Translations under genes and position numbers: made by a program | Part shown: in pieces, positions 32,036 to 41,429 of the stretch | Position numbering within the stretch: position 1 is the stretch's first letter | How the letters are laid out: the number at the start of each line of letters is the position of its first letter | Notes under the pieces: model-generated | Database searches by the model: none | What the model was told of the DNA's origin: nothing | Seen by the model: only the letters and a program-made list of their open reading frames with translations | Origin: an uncultured Desulfobacteraceae bacterium | GTDB lineage: Bacteria > Desulfobacterota > Desulfobacteria > Desulfobacterales > UBA11574 | Direction of reading: 5' to 3' | DNA length: 64,000 nucleotides | NCBI GenBank assembly: GCA_964410925.1 | Contig: CAYPIW010000155.1 | Location: 1,607 to 65,606 of the forward strand

Positions 32036-33619
32036 ATGAACGACTTAAAAATAATCTTATTTTTATGCAACTGGGGGCCGCATACCGCGTTCCAAACCCT
32101 TCAGGACACTGAACGTGAAATTCCCGATCAGGTAAGTATGATCCGGATTCCCTGCACCGGACGAATCAGTAAAGCCCTTTTGTTCAAAGCCTTTGAAATG
32201 GGAGCGGACGGTGTGGTTCTGGCAGGGTGTAAACCCGGGACCTGCCGGTACGGCAGCGGTACGGCCACCGCTCGAGAGAATACCGAAGACACGCGGGATA
32301 TTATCGGACTGTTAGGCATGGGCAAAGAACGGTTGCGGCATGTCACGTTTCTTCCTGATGAATCGGATCTATTATTGAAATTCTTGAATACCTTTTGCAA
32401 TCAAATCCGATCATTGGGCCCGAGTCCCCTGTTGCCGATCCCCATAACGGAATCAGAAACTGTCAGCCGGAAATCTTTGGCCGAGATCGTTTCTTATCAT
32501 GATGCCTTTGCCTGTCAGGACTGCGGGAAATGCTCTTCCGCATGTCCCCTGGCGCTGACCGGTAAACCATTTTCACCCCGGGAACTGGTCAACTCCATCA
32601 TCGCCGGTGATATCGATTCTCCTTCCGTAAACAAAGACATCTGGTCCTGCCTGACCTGTGGCCTTTGTTATGAGCGCTGTCCATCGGCAGTTAATTTTCC
32701 CGAGTTTATCCGGGATATTCGCCACGTTATCAGAAAAAACGGAGGGAAATCTCATGAGGCGCACGGAGGCTTTTTTCGGTCTCTGATGCGAGCCATGACA
32801 TCACCCGGGCTCAAAACACGGCGATGGGATTGGCTGCCCCAAGATGTGGAGGTTGATTCCAAGAGTAAAATCCTTTTTTTTGGGGGGTGCTCCCCGTACT
32901 TTGACATATTTTTCAGAAATCATCTGGGCGTTGAAACCCGTAATATTTTAAAAGATAGTCTTCGCCTTCTCAATTTCTTCGATATTAAACCGGCCCTGCT
33001 CCAGGATGAACGATGCTGCGGACATGATCTGCTCTGGTCGGGAGACAAAGATAATTTTTTAAAATTAGCGTCAATGACTGTGGATTCGATCCATAACCTT
33101 GGAATTGAGCAGGTGATTACGGCTTGTCCGGAGTGCTACAGGACACTGGCCTATGATTATCCGAAATATGGGATTACATTAAATTTCAAAGTCATCCATA
33201 TTTATGAACTGCTTGAAAACGAAATCGGCAAAGGTGCCATAAAATTTAAAGAAATTGATAAAAAGATAACATTCCAGGATTCGTGTCGTTTAAACTGGCT
33301 TAAAGAACCTGCAAATCTTCCCAGAAAATTGATTCGGCGCCTCAAGCCAATCCGCTTCAGGGAAATGCAGAATAACGGAAACGCTGCCATATGCTGTGGG
33401 AATTGCGCCTGGACCGGATGTGATGCGTTCAGCAAGGCACTTCAGGTCAAACGCTTGAGACAGGCGCATGACACAGGAAGTGATCTTATGGTCACCGCCT
33501 GCCCTAAATGTCAGATTCATCTCCGTTGTGCCATGGAAGATCCTTTTCTCGGAGAAGAACTTAACATAGAGATGATAGATTTGACCGGTATTATTGCAAA
33601 AACCATTTACTGGGAGTAA
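32036..33619 (+). CDS. MvhD-like / HdrC-like / HdrB-like (CCG domain) fusion protein
   Basis: N-terminus ILFLCNWGPH...IPCTGR...VVLAGCKPGTCRY (MvhD/FlpD type). CQDCGKCSSACP and CLTCGLCYERCP (HdrC type). Two CCG motifs (ERCCGHD, AICCGN). Starts 3 nt after the preceding stop. Confidence 0.85.
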   Translation: MNDLKIILFLCNWGPHTAFQTLQDTEREIPDQVSMIRIPCTGRISKALLFKAFEMGADGVVLAGCKPGTCRYGSGTATARENTEDTRDIIGLLGMGKERLRHVTFLPDESDLLLKFLNTFCNQIRSLGPSPLLPIPITESETVSRKSLAEIVSYHDAFACQDCGKCSSACPLALTGKPFSPRELVNSIIAGDIDSPSVNKDIWSCLTCGLCYERCPSAVNFPEFIRDIRHVIRKNGGKSHEAHGGFFRSLMRAMTSPGLKTRRWDWLPQDVEVDSKSKILFFGGCSPYFDIFFRNHLGVETRNILKDSLRLLNFFDIKPALLQDERCCGHDLLWSGDKDNFLKLASMTVDSIHNLGIEQVITACPECYRTLAYDYPKYGITLNFKVIHIYELLENEIGKGAIKFKEIDKKITFQDSCRLNWLKEPANLPRKLIRRLKPIRFREMQNNGNAAICCGNCAWTGCDAFSKALQVKRLRQAHDTGSDLMVTACPKCQIHLRCAMEDPFLGEELNIEMIDLTGIIAKTIYWE

Positions 33620-33630
33620 CCGTTTATAAA

Positions 33631-33692
33631 GGTTTCAGGTGTCAGGTGTCAGGTGCCAGCGCCTCTGTTCATCATTCCTGACACCTGAAACC
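33631..33692 (+). repeat. Heptad array (ggtttca ggtgtca ggtgtca ggtgcca) forming the left arm of a 16-bp inverted repeat
   Basis: ggtttcaggtgtcagg ... cctgacacctgaaacc with a 30-nt spacer, 12 nt after the stop of CDS 32036..33619. No T-run follows. Confidence 0.7.
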
Positions 33693-33850
33693 AAGCATAC
33701 GGAAAGGAATAAATATGGGATATTTTTTAAAGCTATATTATGGGCAATTTTAATCATCCCGAATATTAACTGATTTCAAGGATTGTTATTTTCCCAATAC
33801 AATTTAGAAAAATGTAAAATTTCCCCGATGGTCTTATTTAAGGAATAAAC

Positions 33851-36295
33851 ATGGAACCTGCTACTACTTCAATAACTGCAAAACCCCAGATTCGTATTGG
33901 CGTCTATGTTTGTCATTGCGGCTCAAATATCGCACAGACGGTGAACTGTCCAAAAGTTTCCGAAATGGCGTCCCGGCTTGAGGATGTTGTTATTTCAAAG
34001 GATATCGCTTACGCCTGTTCCGAACCGGGTCAACAGGAAATCCGGCAGGACATTCAGGAATACGGTTTGGAGCGCATTGTCGTGGCCTCGTGTTCACCGA
34101 GACTTCATGAACCCACTTTTCGACAGATGATGCAATCCGCCGGTCTTAATCCATATCTCTTGGAAATGGCCAATCTCCGTGAGCAATGCAGCTGGGTCCA
34201 TTTGAATGAACCCGATGCAGCAACACAAAAGGCTGAAGACCTTGTAAAAATGGCCGTTTCCCGGGCACGTTTACTCCAGCCGCTTAAAGAAGAAAAGCTG
34301 CCCCTCACCAAACGAGCCCTGGTCATCGGTGGGGGTATTGCCGGCATTCAGACCTCCCTTGATCTTGCCGACAATGGGTATGAAGTTATTCTGGTGGAAA
34401 AAAATGCTTCCATCGGCGGAACCATGGCCCAGCTTGATAAGACCTTTCCCACCATGGACTGTTCCATCTGAATCTTGGGTCCTAAAATGACGGATGTCGG
34501 TCGACATCCCCGGATAACCCTTTACACCCTGAGCGAAATCGTAGATGTTAAAGGCTATGTGGGCAACTTTGATGTCAGGATCTTAAAAAAAGCTCGTTAT
34601 GTGTCTGAGGAAGAGTGCACGGCATGTGGCGACTGTGCTATGGCTTGCCCCGTGGTTCGTCCTGATGAGTTCAACCTGGGCCTATCATCGCGCAAGGCCA
34701 TTTTCACCCCTTTCCCCCAGGCCGTCCCCTCGGCCTATGTTGTCAATATCAATGAATGCCTGGGGCACAACCCCGTGGTTTGCGCAAAATGTCTGGACGC
34801 CTGTGAAAAGGGCTGTATCAATTTTCACATGTCCGATAATGAAATCCGGGAAAGAGTGGGAGCCATCATCGTAGCGACCGGGATGGAGCCCTATGATCCC
34901 ACTGAACTTGATGAATACGGATATACACGGTTCGAAAATGTCCTTACCAGTCTTGAGTTCGAACGCCTGATCAATGCCGGGGGCCCTACCAAAGGAAAAC
35001 TGATTCGCCCCACAGACAGAAAGATTCCTAAATCCGTAGGCTTTATCCAGTGTGTGGGCTCACGATCTGCCAGGAAAGGCAGCAGCTATTGCTCCAACAC
35101 CTGCTGTATGAACACCATTAAAAGCACACTGGTACTCAAAGAACATTATCCCGATATTGACATAAAGGTTTTTTATATTGACATTCGTGCCTTTGGCAAA
35201 GGATTCGAAGATCTTTTTATGCGCAGTCGCCGTTTGGGAGTGCATTACTTGAGAGGGTTGCCGGGCAACATTGAAGAGCTGCCGGATCACAGCATGCGGG
35301 TTGCGGTTGAAAATACGGTCACCGGCCGGCTGGAATTTTTCGATCTTGAAATGCTCGTCCTGGCTCTGGGGATGAAACCGGCCAAAAGCACTCAGCGGCT
35401 CCAGGAAATGCTGGGGCTTCAGCTATCCCCTGACGGTTTCTTCCTGGAAGCTCATCCGAAACTTCAACCGGTTGATGCTGCGACTCGAGGAATTTTTTAC
35501 GCCGGATGCGCCGAAAGCCCAAAGGACATCAAAGAGAGCGTTACACAGGCTTCAGCAGCTGCGCTCCGTGCCATTCGTCTGATGCATAAAGGGGAAATCC
35601 ATACGGAACCGATTACTTCCGAAATAGATCCCGAAAAGTGTACTGCTTGCGGCAAATGTATTGAAGTTTGTCCCTATAATGCAATTACAAAAGGTATCAA
35701 AAAAAAGACACCCTGTGTCGTGAATACGGCGGCATGCGCCGGCTGCGGAACTTGTGCTGCGGAATGCCCTTACAACGCCATCGTTATGAACCATTTTACG
35801 GACGACCAGATTAATAACCAAATCGATTCCATGCTCGAAAAAAATTCTCAAGAAAAGATACTGGTATTTGCCTGCAACTGGTGCTCATATGCCGGCGCGG
35901 ATTACGCGGGGGTCTCACGTCTTCAATATTCCTCAAACGTGCGCATTATCCGAACCATGTGCTCAGGTCGAGTTGACGAAAAATTTATCTTTAACGGATT
36001 CCTTAACGGTGCGCCAGTTGTTCTGGTCAGTGGATGCCATATGGGTGACTGCCATTATATTGATGCCAACCGCTGGACTGAAAAAAGAGTTAAGAAAATA
36101 CACAAAAAAATGGAGAAACTGGGAATCCGGCCCGAACGGCTTCAGCTTGAATGGATCAGCGCGGCAGAAGGTGGTCGATTCGCCGAGATAATGGGCAGGA
36201 TAGAGAAACTTCGTCAGTCTGTTTCCATACAGGAGATCTCACAAACCATTGAGATCCTAAAAAATTCGGAAAAAAAATCCGGGGCTCAAGAATGA
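33851..36295 (+). CDS. hdrA: HdrA-type FAD/Fe-S flavoprotein fused to a C-terminal MvhD-like domain; predicted selenoprotein (814 aa with UGA 34469..34471 read as Sec)
   Basis: Track ORFs 33851..34471 and 34475..36295 are in the same frame. The junction reads TFPTMDCSI-UGA-ILGPKM, which matches the conserved HdrA ...DCS.C.L.PK... motif with the Cys position occupied by UGA. The C-terminus ILVFACNWCSYAGADYAG...VSGCHMGDCHY is MvhD-like. Confidence 0.85.
34492..34509 (+). promoter_or_regulatory. Candidate bacterial SECIS apical hairpin
   Basis: ggatgtc ggtc gacatcc (7-8 bp stem, loop containing GU) begins 21 nt downstream of the UGA. Confidence 0.5.
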
Positions 36296-36406
36296 CAAAA
36301 AATTGCTGAAGATACTCCACCTGCATAAATTTTACCCACCGGCAGCATTTCCTTTCTAATTCCAAAAGAACTGGATTACTTGTCTTAATAAATACAGGAG
36401 GATCAC

Positions 36407-37480
36407 ATGGAAGAATGGATCCATCAACTCCAACATAGCGTCAACACTCTTGACAGACTGAAGGCGGTTGTCAACGTCTCCTCGAAAGAAGAAGAGGCCA
36501 TAACGACTCTAAATACGAAATGGGGGACAACCCCTTATTTTGCTTCTTTAATGGATCCGGATACTCCTGATTGCCCCATACGCAAACAGGTTATCCCCTC
36601 AATGAAAGAAACAGAAAATAAATTTGGAATTCCCAATTATCTGATCTGGGAAGAAAATCGTAATACCGGTGAAGTCAGACCCGACTGTATTGCCAGGCAG
36701 TATCGAGACCGCATCGCCTTTACCGTTACCGATATCTGTGCAACTTACTGTCGTCATTGTTTTCGTAAAGAAGTTGTGGTTAATCGGGATCTTAAGCTTC
36801 GGTTTGATTTGGAAGAGGGCCTGAAATATATTCGGGAACATGGAGAAATTCGGGATGTTCTCATTACCGGCGGTGATCCTTTTATACTTTCGGACCAGAA
36901 GATTGAATATCTTATTCGTAAGCTGCGAGAGATTCTCCATATAGAAATGATCCGCTTTGGCACCCGCACACCCATTGTTTTGCCCCATCGAATTACCGAG
37001 GGTCTCAAAAAGGTTCTAAACAGCTATCATCGGATACCGATCTGGTTGAATACTCAGTGTAATCATCCAAAAGAAATTACGGAAAAGACGGCAAAAGCTG
37101 TTTTCGATCTCCTATCCTGCGGAGTCAATGTGGGAAACCAGGCTGTTTTGTTAAAAGGAATTAATGATGACGTGGAGACTTTTAGGAAGCTGCATCAAAA
37201 ACTTTTATCGGTCCGAATCCGGCCCTATTATGTCTTTTACTGTGAACCGGCACCGGGAATCGACCATTTTCGAACACCGATTGAAAAAGGGTCTGAACTT
37301 ATTCGAGATGCACTGCAGGGTCATACCACAGGTCTGGCCCAACCCATGTATGTTATCGCCACCAATGTCGGCAAGATTCCTTTAATACCGAATTATTATA
37401 TCATCAAAAAGAACAAAAAAGAATATACCTTGAGAAATTATCAGGGAATTTACAAAACCTGGCCAAATATGCCGGAATAA
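36407..37480 (+). CDS. KamA-family radical SAM aminomutase (lysine 2,3-aminomutase-like)
   Basis: CATYCRHCFRKE radical-SAM motif in KamA context. ITGGDPF. 357 aa. Confidence 0.85.
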   Translation: MEEWIHQLQHSVNTLDRLKAVVNVSSKEEEAITTLNTKWGTTPYFASLMDPDTPDCPIRKQVIPSMKETENKFGIPNYLIWEENRNTGEVRPDCIARQYRDRIAFTVTDICATYCRHCFRKEVVVNRDLKLRFDLEEGLKYIREHGEIRDVLITGGDPFILSDQKIEYLIRKLREILHIEMIRFGTRTPIVLPHRITEGLKKVLNSYHRIPIWLNTQCNHPKEITEKTAKAVFDLLSCGVNVGNQAVLLKGINDDVETFRKLHQKLLSVRIRPYYVFYCEPAPGIDHFRTPIEKGSELIRDALQGHTTGLAQPMYVIATNVGKIPLIPNYYIIKKNKKEYTLRNYQGIYKTWPNMPE

Positions 37481-37506
37481 CGAGAATATTTCATATAAAC
37501 TCAGGG

Positions 37507-38181
37507 CTATTGGGCAGGCAGGTGCGTCGTCAGATCCTTGATGTATTCTGTTAGTATTTTGAAACCGGCATCTGTTAATACAGAAATTGCTTTTTCCTTA
37601 TCTTCAGCAGCCACCCTCATAATAAGCTGATAAATTTTCGGGAAGTTTTTCACCGGCCAGGTAACCAAACTTTGGATACTAATCTCCTGATCCTTGAGGA
37701 GTCTTGAAACCTCAGCCACAACTCCGATACGGTCTTTAACCAGAACAATGAACCGGCCACTTCCCTCATTTACGCCGATGGCACGGAGCAGCACCTCCAA
37801 AACATCGGTTGTCGTGATGATTCCAACGAGTTTTTCTTTTTCCATGACCGGCAGAGCGCTGATCCGGTTTTTCTGCATGATCAGGGCGGCAGTTTCAATG
37901 GTGGTGCCGGATGATATGGTGATGATTTTTTTTTTCATGATCATCTCAACGGTCAACTGAGTTAACAGATAATTCAACTCATGAACGCTGAGAGTTGTGG
38001 CCGGAGAGGCCCAGCTCTGCTTGACATCTCTGTCCGAGACGATTCCAACCAGATTACCATTTTTATCCACGACCAGAAGGTGGTTGATCTTTTTTTCAGC
38101 AATAATATCCTTGGCTTTGATTATACTTGTCTCAGGGGGCACCGTCACAAGGTATGTATTCATAACACGACCGACGTACAT
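37507..38181 (-). CDS. CBS-pair plus ACT-domain protein (AcuB-like)
   Basis: Two CBS motifs (LLVVDKNGNLVGIVSDRDV, LPVMEKEKLVGIITTTDV) and a C-terminal ACT-like segment. An AAGGAGG RBS precedes the ATG at 38181. Confidence 0.8.
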   Translation of the reverse strand: MYVGRVMNTYLVTVPPETSIIKAKDIIAEKKINHLLVVDKNGNLVGIVSDRDVKQSWASPATTLSVHELNYLLTQLTVEMIMKKKIITISSGTTIETAALIMQKNRISALPVMEKEKLVGIITTTDVLEVLLRAIGVNEGSGRFIVLVKDRIGVVAEVSRLLKDQEISIQSLVTWPVKNFPKIYQLIMRVAAEDKEKAISVLTDAGFKILTEYIKDLTTHLPAQ

Positions 38182-38261
38182 AGAGTCCACCTCCTTTACA
38201 TAATAAAAACAGCCTAACAAAAAAGCATTATACCAGCTTTACATGTAATAAGAAAGAACAA

Positions 38262-38450
38262 TTATTTGTTAAACTCTGCGCTGTTTAAACAAAATCGACC
38301 TTCTTCGGTATAATCTATGGCATGGAAACAGCTCTCTTTTTCATATAAAACCTGATGATATTGTATGGCCTGTAATATTTTACAATCTTTGGCACATCTT
38401 TCTTTAGGTTGATTTTTCTTGTGGCAATTTGCACATGGAGAAGAAATCAT
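38262..38450 (-). CDS. Small Cys-rich protein (62 aa), unknown function
   Basis: MISSPCANCHKKNQPKERCAKDCK... with a GGAGGG RBS 5 nt upstream of the ATG. Confidence 0.5.
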   Translation of the reverse strand: MISSPCANCHKKNQPKERCAKDCKILQAIQYHQVLYEKESCFHAIDYTEEGRFCLNSAEFNK

Positions 38451-38564
38451 AATGCCCTCCTCTGATGCTATTATTATAATGAAAAACCATCTCCCTTAAA
38501 TTTTAATTGCAAATAATTTGCCGGGTTGACTGTAAAACTTAAACAAACATTATATCAAGAAACG

Positions 38565-38726
38565 CTAGGGTTTCTGAATTTCTCCAGTGGTCTTTTTCTG
38601 GTCCTGAAAAACCTCACAGTTCTTACACCAATTGCGAATATTCCCTTTCCTAAAAATTTCCGTGCAGACTTCACGATAATATTGCATTTTTGGATCTTTA
38701 GGACAGATTATAAATGTTTTTCCCAT
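38565..38726 (-). CDS. Small Cys-rich protein (53 aa), below the ORF-track cutoff; unknown function
   Basis: Hand translation of the minus strand gives MGKTFIICPKDPKMQYYREVCTEIFRKGNIRNWCKNCEVFQDQKKTTGEIQKP with a TAG stop. An AAGGAAAG RBS lies upstream. The overlapping + strand track ORF 38526..38741 looks spurious. Confidence 0.45.
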   Translation of the reverse strand: MGKTFIICPKDPKMQYYREVCTEIFRKGNIRNWCKNCEVFQDQKKTTGEIQKP

Positions 38727-39043
38727 ATCGTCTTTCCTTAGATTTTATGGTCTGTTCATAATTATTCATATCTAAAATATTTTTTTGATATGAATATAAA
38801 ATAAAGTATCTTGTGTGTCAAGGAAAAAGATACCACAATATATTGAGGTGATCGTTAAAATGTCAGTTAAGCAGGCCATATGGAGTTGTTCTGATGACGA
38901 CCCAAGGGCATATGTGGAAATTGATAGCTATTTCATGTGATTGCACAATACATGAGGGGTGTGACAGAAAGATGCAAAACGTGAGGCAAGCCTCATACCG
39001 GTCCTGAAAAAACGGAGATGATGCTAAGGTAATGCCGGATCCA

Positions 39044-39493
39044 TTAGTTTTCGATTCTTTTGGTCACCGGTTTAATCATTAACCAGCGTTTTATTTTTTG
39101 AGAGATTCTTTTTAAAAGCCATTCTTGCGCCTCCGGACTCGCCTTGTCAGCTATTTGATCAGCGAGTGTCACATCACCTGCCTGGTACCGCATATATACT
39201 TCACTTATATGCATTTCCAAATCAACGGACAAGTATTTTGCATAAGCCATCGCAAGTTGCCAGTGGGCAAAAGTTTCTGATTCGTCGTATTTTTCTATAA
39301 GAGATTGAGGATGTCCGATTTTAGACTCAAGTCTGATAATAAAATTTAACGTCTGGGGAAGACGCAGCCATTGGGGAGCGGATTTGTTTTTAGGACGGCC
39401 CACAGCCTTCCAAAAATCTGTCAGGCAAAGCAGGTCATTCTTTACCTTAATTTTCTGTCCGCTGTAATTTAGATCCATTTTTTTATAACCCAT
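39044..39493 (-). CDS. KilA-N domain DNA-binding protein (phage/mobile-element associated family)
   Basis: LCLTDFWKAVGRPKNKSAPQWLRLPQTLNFI matches the KilA-N core. The start may be the Met at 39478. Confidence 0.7.
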   Translation of the reverse strand: MGYKKMDLNYSGQKIKVKNDLLCLTDFWKAVGRPKNKSAPQWLRLPQTLNFIIRLESKIGHPQSLIEKYDESETFAHWQLAMAYAKYLSVDLEMHISEVYMRYQAGDVTLADQIADKASPEAQEWLLKRISQKIKRWLMIKPVTKRIEN

Positions 39494-39677
39494 AATTTCC
39501 CTTTTGTTTCCTGATGTCTTTTAACTTCATTGGTAAAAAATAATAAATTGAGGTTGTTCCGTCACATTATATTTAATATATTATAAGGTTGGGTGTCAAT
39601 TATATAATGTTATCTTATTTGACACGCAGGCACCGTTATTATAAAATTATGTTTCAACAGATGGAAAGGAGTTGTAT

Positions 39678-40352
39678 ATGCTAAAAAGAATTTTTGTATT
39701 ACTGATTCTAACGTTTGTTCTTCTGGCATGTAAAGAGAATTTCCTGAACCTTAAAATCCGGTTTCATCAGGTTCAGGGGCTGAATCAGGGAAATAGAGTC
39801 ATTTTTGGACAAAATCATATCGGCACCGTCAAAAATCTGTTTCAATCTGATGATGATTCTTTTATTGTCAATATTGCTATAAAAAAAGACTTTGCCGACC
39901 ATGCCACAGAGTATTCCAGGTTTTTTATCATTACGGACCCCCGGCACAAGGAAAATAAGGCCGTTGAAATGATCCAGATCCGTAACGGAGGAAAACGGTT
40001 ACAAAATAATGAGACAGTAGAAGGCTCCAGCGAAAATTCCGTCTTTTTTTATCAGATTTTTGGTGAAATTGGGAAGGTGATCAAAGATTTTGAAAAACAG
40101 TTTGAACAATTCTCCAAAGACTTGAAAACTATTCCGGAAAGCCAGGAATTCAAAAAGCTTGAAAACGAATTGCAGTGCCTCTTAGAAGAGATGAAGCGAT
40201 CCGGCCAATCGGTGCAACAAAAGATAAAGGAAGAATTTTTGCCCAAGCTTAAAGAAGAGATGGAAAAACTCAGAAAAAGGTTGCATGAACTCGATCGTGA
40301 GGATGAAATGAAACCTCTTGAAATCGAAATGGAAAAAATTCAAAATATATAA
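39678..40352 (+). CDS. Lipoprotein with an MlaD/Mce-like N-terminal domain and a coiled-coil C-terminus
   Basis: Lipobox LLAC. FHQVQGLNQGNRVIFGQNHIGTVKNL is MlaD-like. An AAAGGAG RBS precedes the ATG at 39678. Confidence 0.65.
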   Translation: MLKRIFVLLILTFVLLACKENFLNLKIRFHQVQGLNQGNRVIFGQNHIGTVKNLFQSDDDSFIVNIAIKKDFADHATEYSRFFIITDPRHKENKAVEMIQIRNGGKRLQNNETVEGSSENSVFFYQIFGEIGKVIKDFEKQFEQFSKDLKTIPESQEFKKLENELQCLLEEMKRSGQSVQQKIKEEFLPKLKEEMEKLRKRLHELDREDEMKPLEIEMEKIQNI

Positions 40353-40520
40353 TAGTATAATTCCTTCATGAAAAACAAGAAACCTTGCATCTTCAAAAGG
40401 TAATATGCTATGATATTTAACACGACGCCCTGAATCGGAACCGGCCTGCCTCCCGAGCATAGAGTATAAAGCTCTGAGGAAATCAAAACGGATTGAAAAT
40501 GTTGATTGATTAGAGCGATT

Positions 40521-41429
40521 ATGGATGTTAAAAAACAGCTGAAAAACTTTCTAGAAACGGCGGAGCTTTATCGATCCCAGGGATTATTGTTCGAGGCCAA
40601 GGGGAAATATGAAGATGCCGCAGCCTTAATTCAGGATACCGGGTTAATAAAAGACGGGCAAAACCTGATAGACATTATTTCAAAGAAAATTAATGCCGTA
40701 AAAAAAGATATTGAAAGAATAGAAAGGCAACCCACATTACCTGAAGTGTCAGAAAAAGATCAGGATGTTATCAAGAAACTCTTCTCTGAAACAGCAGGAA
40801 AAGACGAGGATACGGCGACTCTTGAAGGCGCCGTCACACTGGCAAAGTTCGGTCAATTCGATAGAGCGTTAAAAGATTTAAACGAGTTGTTAAAAAAGCC
40901 TCCTATCCGAATGAATGCCGCTAAAAATATTTTGCGTTGTCATATGGCACGTACTTCCATAGAGGATGCTGTTGCTCAATTTCAGAAATGGCAGTCCAGC
41001 GATATTTTTACAAATGGCCAGTTGATAACAATCCGTCTGTTTCTTGAGGTTTTCCGTTTCGATAATTTTAAAGAAAATATTTCCCTTCAATTAAAAAATC
41101 CCGTAGATGTTGAAATGCTTGAGATAACCAATGGCAAGATTCCCGATATCTGTTCCGCGATAATAACTTTGGTGGATGGGCCATTGAAGGGAATGACATT
41201 TGTTCTTGATGTCCGTTTTCAAATAGGAAATATAATCACTTTATTCATCGAAGACCACAAGGAAGAGTTGCTGGAAAGTTTTGAGGTTGGCAAACCTCTT
41301 GACAAGCTGCAGTTTAATACCCCTACTGCCATATTTAAAGGTAAAGGTGTTGTCGCTGAAAAGATAAGGATTGGTTCCGGGTCCAGGCGGGGAAATTATC
41401 GGGTCGACATACGGGTTATGAATTCGTAA
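40521..41429 (+). CDS. Hypothetical protein (helical TPR-like N-terminal part, beta-rich C-terminal part)
   Basis: 303-aa ORF from the ATG at 40521. No confident motif. Confidence 0.55.
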   Translation: MDVKKQLKNFLETAELYRSQGLLFEAKGKYEDAAALIQDTGLIKDGQNLIDIISKKINAVKKDIERIERQPTLPEVSEKDQDVIKKLFSETAGKDEDTATLEGAVTLAKFGQFDRALKDLNELLKKPPIRMNAAKNILRCHMARTSIEDAVAQFQKWQSSDIFTNGQLITIRLFLEVFRFDNFKENISLQLKNPVDVEMLEITNGKIPDICSAIITLVDGPLKGMTFVLDVRFQIGNIITLFIEDHKEELLESFEVGKPLDKLQFNTPTAIFKGKGVVAEKIRIGSGSRRGNYRVDIRVMNS

